Virus record (IMG/VR): IMGVR_UViG_3300042673_001035
Coordinates: 52,681-116,680 of that record
Length of the DNA: 64,000 nucleotides
Direction: 5' to 3' (one strand)
Source: a virus
The notes under the pieces were generated by a model. The model did not search any database, was not told the DNA's origin, and was given only the letters and a program-made list of their open reading frames with translations. Positions 58,306 to 64,000 of the stretch are shown in pieces. Position numbers and translations under genes: made by a program. Position 1 is the stretch's first letter. Every line of letters starts with the position of its first letter.

Positions 58306-60588
58306 TTATTTCATTATTACTTTTAACGTTTTTCCACTTTTATTAACCACATCCACAAATTTAACCGAAACCAAACCCAATATATTATCCAATTTAGTTT
58401 GTGGTTTGAAAGTGATTTTATATTCAGTTGTATTATCTAAAATTCCACCATCCGTAATCAATGAACCGAAATTTACATAATCACCTTTATCAGTTCCGTA
58501 GTTAGTTGGTGAACCTTTTGTTTTATAAGATACACTACTAAATTTCAATAAACTATTATCATAATTTAATTGGAATTGTGTACCAACCAATTCTTGTTGT
58601 AATGGGTCGATATTGATATATGCATATACACTATCACCAATTAATTCAGTTATGATTGTTGCATTGATTTCATTTGATATTGGTGAGGATGATACACCCA
58701 TACTTCTATATGAATTAGTTGCAACACTACTTACACTTTGTTGTGCAGAATGTGATAAATTCACATCACCTAACCAAGTTACACTTAAATTATATGTGTT
58801 ATTCAAACTACTCAATGTAAAAGGAATTAAGTTACGAGTATAATTAAATTGAGTTCCCCAATTTGATGTTGTTATATTATCGTAGTCCGATTTGTTATAT
58901 AACTTCATCAAATATGTTAATGCAGTAGATTGTGAAAGTGACTCTACACCGGTTAGATGTCGTAATAGTTTGTAGGTATCTGCCTCATTAAATACACCAT
59001 TACCATCCACATCTGCATTTAAATATTGAATACCATTCGTTAATCCTAATCCACTTTGGTTTCCCAATATACCTTTATCTGCCAATTCTTTGAATGCCAA
59101 AAATACATCCGATACGGTCACAATACTACTATACAAAGTGTTTAGTTCCGTTTGATTTGAATGTGTTAATTCTATTCCATGTGATTTGTATGACATTATT
59201 GGTGAGAAAGTAAATTCGGCTCTAGTCCCATACCAACCATCTTGTAATCTTAATTGTGATTGAAATGTTGATGAAGTTATTTTCGTTGTCAAATTACCAG
59301 GCATTACATATGTTTTCCACCATCCACTTACATTGTTAACACTAACTGGCCCATCGTATATATCAAATAATTTAATTGATGTTATATCGTTTGGAGATAC
59401 TCCTGTTCCATCAAATTCTCTTTCATCTATTAATAATTGATGCCCACCTAAATTTGCATCATATGGATTTATTATTGCCCATTCAACTTGTCCGGCAGAT
59501 GTTAATGCTCTATATCCATTACCGGCAATTTTATTAGTATCCAATAAAGTAGTCAAATCAACTTTACCCAAACCACTCAATTGTCTAGCAGTTCCGTTTA
59601 CTATATTCCAATTATTGTTTGTATATGTGTATCCTCTTGCTGTAAATTTAGTTTCATCTACATTCGTTCCAAAATCAATATTGAATGCCGCTCTTAATAC
59701 TTCTCCGTTTGAGTGAGTTACTGAATTGGTGTAAAACTCTGTAAATGTTGCATCATCAGGATTAGTCCAAGTTCCGTATTCAATTACATAAGGATTTGAA
59801 AAATGGTTTGGTAAATCATTCCATTGAGAACCATTCCATTTCGTTACTGCGTAATCCTCATTACCACTATCATTTGGTTCACCAGGTGCCCAGTTGTTGT
59901 ATTGACCAGGAATGTTACCATTTAATTGACCATTGTTGATTTTAATTAAAGTTCCTTTTTCAGGTCCTGCATCAATTGTCCATCTTGCTTCACTTGCTTC
60001 ATCCGTTAATGCAAACCAGATATTTGATTGAGGTACATTTGCAAAAATAAATGCATCTTCCGATGCTGATGTTATAGTAACTAAATACCCTTGTTGTCCT
60101 TTGAATGTTGTCAATAATGCTGCTGCTCTTGCGTTTGTATAAGTTGCTCCGGTCGATATTGGTCTGTAAAAGTGTCCGTTTACACCATTGTAAAAAAATC
60201 CAACGGGATTGACAGTTGCTGCTACCGATATTTGAACATTACCAACTACTGAACCTGTGTTTATTTTTAGGGATGCCAATGCATTATTGATATTATCCAT
60301 TGTACCGGTTACCACTAAACGAATTTTATTACCACTTAAAGTAAACCCACTTGCTGCGGTTAAACCTGTTGTTGTATTAAGGTAGAATGTAGTATTTGTT
60401 GATGGGTTGATTAAACTGATTGATGCTAGTAAAGTAGATGTTGCTGTAAATCCATTTAATACAAACCCACTACCATCTTGTCCGCTTGTGGATGGTATAA
60501 ACGATTTAGAGTCCGGAGCAGATACACTCTGTCCGAACCCTAAAAATGATGTTAATAAAAATAATAATGTAACAAATAATTTTTTCAT
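58306..60588 (-). CDS. secreted C-type-lectin / dockerin-like / cohesin-like protein
   Basis: Signal peptide; YNNWAPGEPND...WNDL; ADVDGNG; GTQFQLNYD. Confidence 0.75.
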   Translation of the reverse strand: MKKLFVTLLFLLTSFLGFGQSVSAPDSKSFIPSTSGQDGSGFVLNGFTATSTLLASISLINPSTNTTFYLNTTTGLTAASGFTLSGNKIRLVVTGTMDNINNALASLKINTGSVVGNVQISVAATVNPVGFFYNGVNGHFYRPISTGATYTNARAAALLTTFKGQQGYLVTITSASEDAFIFANVPQSNIWFALTDEASEARWTIDAGPEKGTLIKINNGQLNGNIPGQYNNWAPGEPNDSGNEDYAVTKWNGSQWNDLPNHFSNPYVIEYGTWTNPDDATFTEFYTNSVTHSNGEVLRAAFNIDFGTNVDETKFTARGYTYTNNNWNIVNGTARQLSGLGKVDLTTLLDTNKIAGNGYRALTSAGQVEWAIINPYDANLGGHQLLIDEREFDGTGVSPNDITSIKLFDIYDGPVSVNNVSGWWKTYVMPGNLTTKITSSTFQSQLRLQDGWYGTRAEFTFSPIMSYKSHGIELTHSNQTELNTLYSSIVTVSDVFLAFKELADKGILGNQSGLGLTNGIQYLNADVDGNGVFNEADTYKLLRHLTGVESLSQSTALTYLMKLYNKSDYDNITTSNWGTQFNYTRNLIPFTLSSLNNTYNLSVTWLGDVNLSHSAQQSVSSVATNSYRSMGVSSSPISNEINATIITELIGDSVYAYINIDPLQQELVGTQFQLNYDNSLLKFSSVSYKTKGSPTNYGTDKGDYVNFGSLITDGGILDNTTEYKITFKPQTKLDNILGLVSVKFVDVVNKSGKTLKVIMK

Positions 60589-60589
60589 A

Positions 60590-62233
60590 TTATTCTATTG
60601 TCAAATCAACTTTCTTACCCAAACCATCAACTGCATCTGCTAATATAAAGTAGAATAGTCCTGCAGTATTTGTTAAAGTTTCTTTTGGTGTGAATACTAA
60701 TCTATATGGCGTTCCCACTTTGATTCTTGCCGTTTTTAATTGGTCAATTGAACCAAATGTTAATCTACTACCATCACGAGTTGAGAAGTTTGTAATTGTA
60801 GACCCTGCATCAAATGATACATTATCCAAAGTTAATTTACTTTCGTCATAATTCATAATAACTTGTAAACCTGCTAATCCTTCTTTTGTCAACGTTGCGG
60901 TTAATACGACTTTACCATTTTCCAAAGTAGAGTTAATACCCAATGTTGCCTTTTCAAATGTAGGTTGAGTATATGACATTGACTTTACTGAGAATGATTG
61001 GAAGTTTCTATCGTTTATTGAATTTGTAAAATTACCTTGTGTAATTCTAGTTGCAATTGTGTCAGGATGAGATGAGTGTGACCAGTTTAAATCACCACCC
61101 CATGCAAACACCGCATCAACGGTTTGTGATGGAGCCGTAACATATACTCTATTCTTAGTAACACCATCTAACCAACTTTGATTCAATAAACCACTATGCC
61201 ATCTCCAAGAAGTTGCAGTTGATGTTGGGATAAATGCATTTGTAGATACATCTTGTCCGATTACATATGCAAATAAGTTATATGAGTCAGCTTCATTAAA
61301 TGTCATATCATTCTTTGTTACATTACCTATTTTTCTTTCCAAAACAGGTCTTGTAAAGAAGTTTGCAGTTCCACTAATATCAGTTTGAGAGTGTCCTAAG
61401 AATGCTTTATATGCATCTGAAACTGTGATTACATTATTCATCCAAGTCTTTTGAGAAGCAGGTGATACAAATACACCAACACTATCACCAACTTTAATAC
61501 CTGATGTGAATATTACCTCACCACTTGCATCCAATGCAGCCTGGGTAATAGGTTGTTGTGACCAATCTATATCACCACTACCATCTGTTTTCAATCTCAT
61601 TAATTGAACATTGTGGTCAGCAATATTATATCCTTGTGGAAATAACACTCTTACTTTAAATTGTGATGTATTACCCGTTACATTTGATATAGATGAAAAC
61701 CCACCACCGGTAATAGTTCCTACATTTGCACCAGTTGTATCAGTACCAGTTGCTAAATCTATTTTAAAAATGTTGTTGTAAGTGTTTTGGTCTTTTAAGA
61801 TATATTTTTGTGTTGCCAATAATCCGGTGATAGAACGGTCTGCTCTTTGAATAGTCAATTGGCCAACATTCCAATCTGCATTTACTGCATAATTCCAAGG
61901 ACTCAATGTATATTGTAAATTCAAAGAGTTATCATTTGCACCTGCATTTGGAGTGAACTTATAATTAGCCCAACCTGTGTAGAATGTTTGTGTTGATGCA
62001 CCTTGATTAAATTCAGTTGAAAGGTAAGTTAATGCCTTATTGTTAAATTGGTATCTAAACCAAAGATAACGAGGATTAACAATAGTGTCTCCTTTTGTTA
62101 GATTATATCTAATCGTAATCGTATCACCAACTTTTAATCCAGTTGTTGGAGTTAATGACTGACTGATTGTTAATTGACTAAATGCCGATAGGGATACAAA
62201 TAATACCCCAATTAATAAAATGATTTTTTTCAT
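60590..62233 (-). CDS. secreted protein with cohesin-like domains
   Basis: Signal peptide; ITVSDAY..F, GDLNWSHS, GLQVIMNYD, shared with 58306-60588. Confidence 0.65.
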   Translation of the reverse strand: MKKIILLIGVLFVSLSAFSQLTISQSLTPTTGLKVGDTITIRYNLTKGDTIVNPRYLWFRYQFNNKALTYLSTEFNQGASTQTFYTGWANYKFTPNAGANDNSLNLQYTLSPWNYAVNADWNVGQLTIQRADRSITGLLATQKYILKDQNTYNNIFKIDLATGTDTTGANVGTITGGGFSSISNVTGNTSQFKVRVLFPQGYNIADHNVQLMRLKTDGSGDIDWSQQPITQAALDASGEVIFTSGIKVGDSVGVFVSPASQKTWMNNVITVSDAYKAFLGHSQTDISGTANFFTRPVLERKIGNVTKNDMTFNEADSYNLFAYVIGQDVSTNAFIPTSTATSWRWHSGLLNQSWLDGVTKNRVYVTAPSQTVDAVFAWGGDLNWSHSSHPDTIATRITQGNFTNSINDRNFQSFSVKSMSYTQPTFEKATLGINSTLENGKVVLTATLTKEGLAGLQVIMNYDESKLTLDNVSFDAGSTITNFSTRDGSRLTFGSIDQLKTARIKVGTPYRLVFTPKETLTNTAGLFYFILADAVDGLGKKVDLTIE

Positions 62234-62883
62234 TATTTTTCTCCTAATAGTTTGGTGATTAATTTATCAGAACCTTTTTTAAGTGCGTTACTCAATGATG
62301 TCTGATTAAACTTACCACCCTCATCTATTATGAGAGTCGACATTGAGATTTCTGACGAACTTTCTTCTACTATAACCTCTTTGTCTTTCTTACCATCTTT
62401 GTATAATGTACCTTTCAAACGAATTACCACTTCTTCTTCTCCTTTATGGAAAATAGAAATGTTTGTTTTTGTAGATAACACATCCAAATATATAATTGAA
62501 ACTTTTAATTTTCTTGTTGCATCTGGTGCTAAATCCAAACCTCTTTCTTGTAAATATTCTTCTAAAATATTCTTAACACCAAATTCTAATTTTCTATTAC
62601 CTGCTAATTTACCAATCTTAACTTCGTTGGTAACCGATTCAACCCAGATGTGGTCTTCGGCATTGTAAAATATGTTTTCTGGACTATTTTTAAAAGTACC
62701 ATTAAATTTGTGGTCAAACCAATTTCCAACTTGGGTAGGAATATCACTTCCACTATAATGCATTCCAATCATTGTAAACTGAAATAGTAATGCAATTATT
62801 ACCCATGCTACTCCAATGTATGCAAGAAATGATATAACTATATCATTCCAATTTTCTTTTAATTCTAATAATTTTGCCTTCAT
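62233..62883 (-). CDS. membrane-anchored periplasmic/outer-membrane-associated protein
   Basis: N-terminal TM; FGVKNILEEYL and KFNQTSLSNALKK resemble the CsgG-like gene. Confidence 0.55.
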   Translation of the reverse strand: MKAKLLELKENWNDIVISFLAYIGVAWVIIALLFQFTMIGMHYSGSDIPTQVGNWFDHKFNGTFKNSPENIFYNAEDHIWVESVTNEVKIGKLAGNRKLEFGVKNILEEYLQERGLDLAPDATRKLKVSIIYLDVLSTKTNISIFHKGEEEVVIRLKGTLYKDGKKDKEVIVEESSSEISMSTLIIDEGGKFNQTSLSNALKKGSDKLITKLLGEK

Positions 62884-62940
62884 TTATAAACGATTTTAAC
62901 TTTACGAATATAAATATAAAGGAGTAACTATAATCAGTAT

Positions 62941-63129
62941 TTATTCTATATTATCTTTTCCTATTGTATTGAAATAATGATGTAGAGGTGTCCAAAGACA
63001 ATATACACCAACTGCTTCTAAAAATGAAAGTTTAGGCAATACTGATATCAATTGTGTCAAATAAGATATTGCTAAACCTATTACACAGGTAACAATAATG
63101 ACATTTAATGTAATTTTTAATTTTTCCAT
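62941..63129 (-). CDS. small membrane protein, probably leaderless
   Basis: Promoter copy 63134-63166 directly before the ATG. Confidence 0.55.
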   Translation of the reverse strand: MEKLKITLNVIIVTCVIGLAISYLTQLISVLPKLSFLEAVGVYCLWTPLHHYFNTIGKDNIE

Positions 63130-63167
63130 ATAAGTAATATACGAAAAATTATTTAATACACCAAATT

Positions 63168-64000
63168 TTAAGATAATAAATGATAATACTCTTTGAAATG
63201 TTTGATTCTATCTGCTAATCCAATAGTTCCACCATTTACTCTTTTAGTAATTGAGGTTACTACTGCATCAGTTGCTCCACCATCTGCCATTTTGTGTAAT
63301 CCGTTTTTATTAAAGAACCATGCTGCTGATAATAATGCATATTTTTCAGCTACTACTTGTGGGTTAGCACAAACATCTTCACCGATTGATTTACCAAATG
63401 CAGTATAGTTATCCTTTCCTGTCAATTGAATATATCCTCTACCACAAAATTTTGCACCATCACCACTTGATTCAGGTCCGTTACCCATTCTACCACCATA
63501 TACTTTGTTTGCAATCTTTTCAGGCTTTCTTTCGTAAGGTAAAGCTGATTGTAATGTTGGGAAGTATTTCTTAAAGATACCATTCAAACCTTTAGCTGAA
63601 TAGTTTAAGTTTTCTTTTGTAAGTCTAAATCCACCACTCTCATGTCCACATTGTGCTAAGAAGTGTGCTAATCTCAATGCAGAATCAATTTGAAACTTTT
63701 GTGCTACTGCAGGAATCATTGCGATAACTGCATCTGGAATATGTCCTTTTAATTTTTCTAATTTTAATCCACCTGTTGATTGTGGTATTGGAGTTTCTAC
63801 TGGAGCAGGAACAGATTGTCCTTCTGCCATAATCATTGCCCATGTTTTATCACCAACTATTCCGTCAGCATCTAAACCATGTGCAGACTGCCAAGCTTTT
63901 ACTGCAGCTTCTGTTTTTGGGCCAAAGTTAGTAACAGCTGGTTCAATACCCAACTTTTGTTGCATTAACTTTACATTCTCATTATTATCACCTTTTCTTA
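63168..64000 (-). CDS. endolysin: peptidoglycan-binding domain plus GH19 glycoside hydrolase (5' end outside window)
   Basis: Frame stays open to the edge (RKGDNNENVKLMQ); DGIVGDKT; FLAQCGHESGG, ENLNYS, GRGYIQLTG, TKRVNGG. Confidence 0.92.
   Translation of the reverse strand, partial: RKGDNNENVKLMQQKLGIEPAVTNFGPKTEAAVKAWQSAHGLDADGIVGDKTWAMIMAEGQSVPAPVETPIPQSTGGLKLEKLKGHIPDAVIAMIPAVAQKFQIDSALRLAHFLAQCGHESGGFRLTKENLNYSAKGLNGIFKKYFPTLQSALPYERKPEKIANKVYGGRMGNGPESSGDGAKFCGRGYIQLTGKDNYTAFGKSIGEDVCANPQVVAEKYALLSAAWFFNKNGLHKMADGGATDAVVTSITKRVNGGTIGLADRIKHFKEYYHLLS

Noticed and set aside
1232-63574. All plus-strand ORFs in the ORF track
   Set aside because: Short antisense shadows of well-formed minus-strand genes or tRNAs, with atypical composition and no motifs
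1-64000. Stop-codon reassignment, as seen in some large phages
   Set aside because: Known genes are intact in the standard code, TAG ends genes at sensible places, and no suppressor tRNA is seen

Overview
This is an AT-rich, gene-dense segment of a large (jumbo-type) dsDNA phage genome, most likely infecting a Bacteroidota host. The host call rests on about 15 copies of a TTTG-N~17-CGTAnnTTTR promoter, a YAVAA tmRNA tag and many lipoproteins. Essentially everything is on the minus strand. 1-34 kb is an accessory region of small ORFs. It includes UvsE, a flavodoxin-like reductase, an ATP-dependent DNA ligase, a GmrSD-like DUF262/HNH protein, GP88, SWIM, HEXXH and SGNH-like proteins, and 10-14 dispersed ~100-aa paralogues beginning 'MLTIKN'. 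34.7-38.5 kb holds a MoxR-type AAA ATPase and vWA pair. 44-48.3 kb is an RNA island with 17 tRNAs, a tRNA-like RNA, tmRNA, an ~865-nt GOLLD-like RNA and several small structured modules. 50-63 kb encodes secreted and outer-membrane proteins (CsgG-like, beta-barrels, lectin/cohesin proteins), followed by a GH19 endolysin cut off by the window edge. The top candidate for a new system is a 29-codon leader ORF (46418-46329) with an antiterminator/terminator pair directly in front of the tRNA array. Its codons 2-19 use only amino acids for which the downstream array supplies tRNAs, suggesting a multi-amino-acid attenuator that switches on phage tRNAs when host tRNAs are depleted. Also notable are a dispersed 25-bp palindrome at promoters, dif-like XerD sites and tRNA-like RNAs with D-loop hairpin insertions. 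All protein calls come from motif recognition by eye, and no searches were run.
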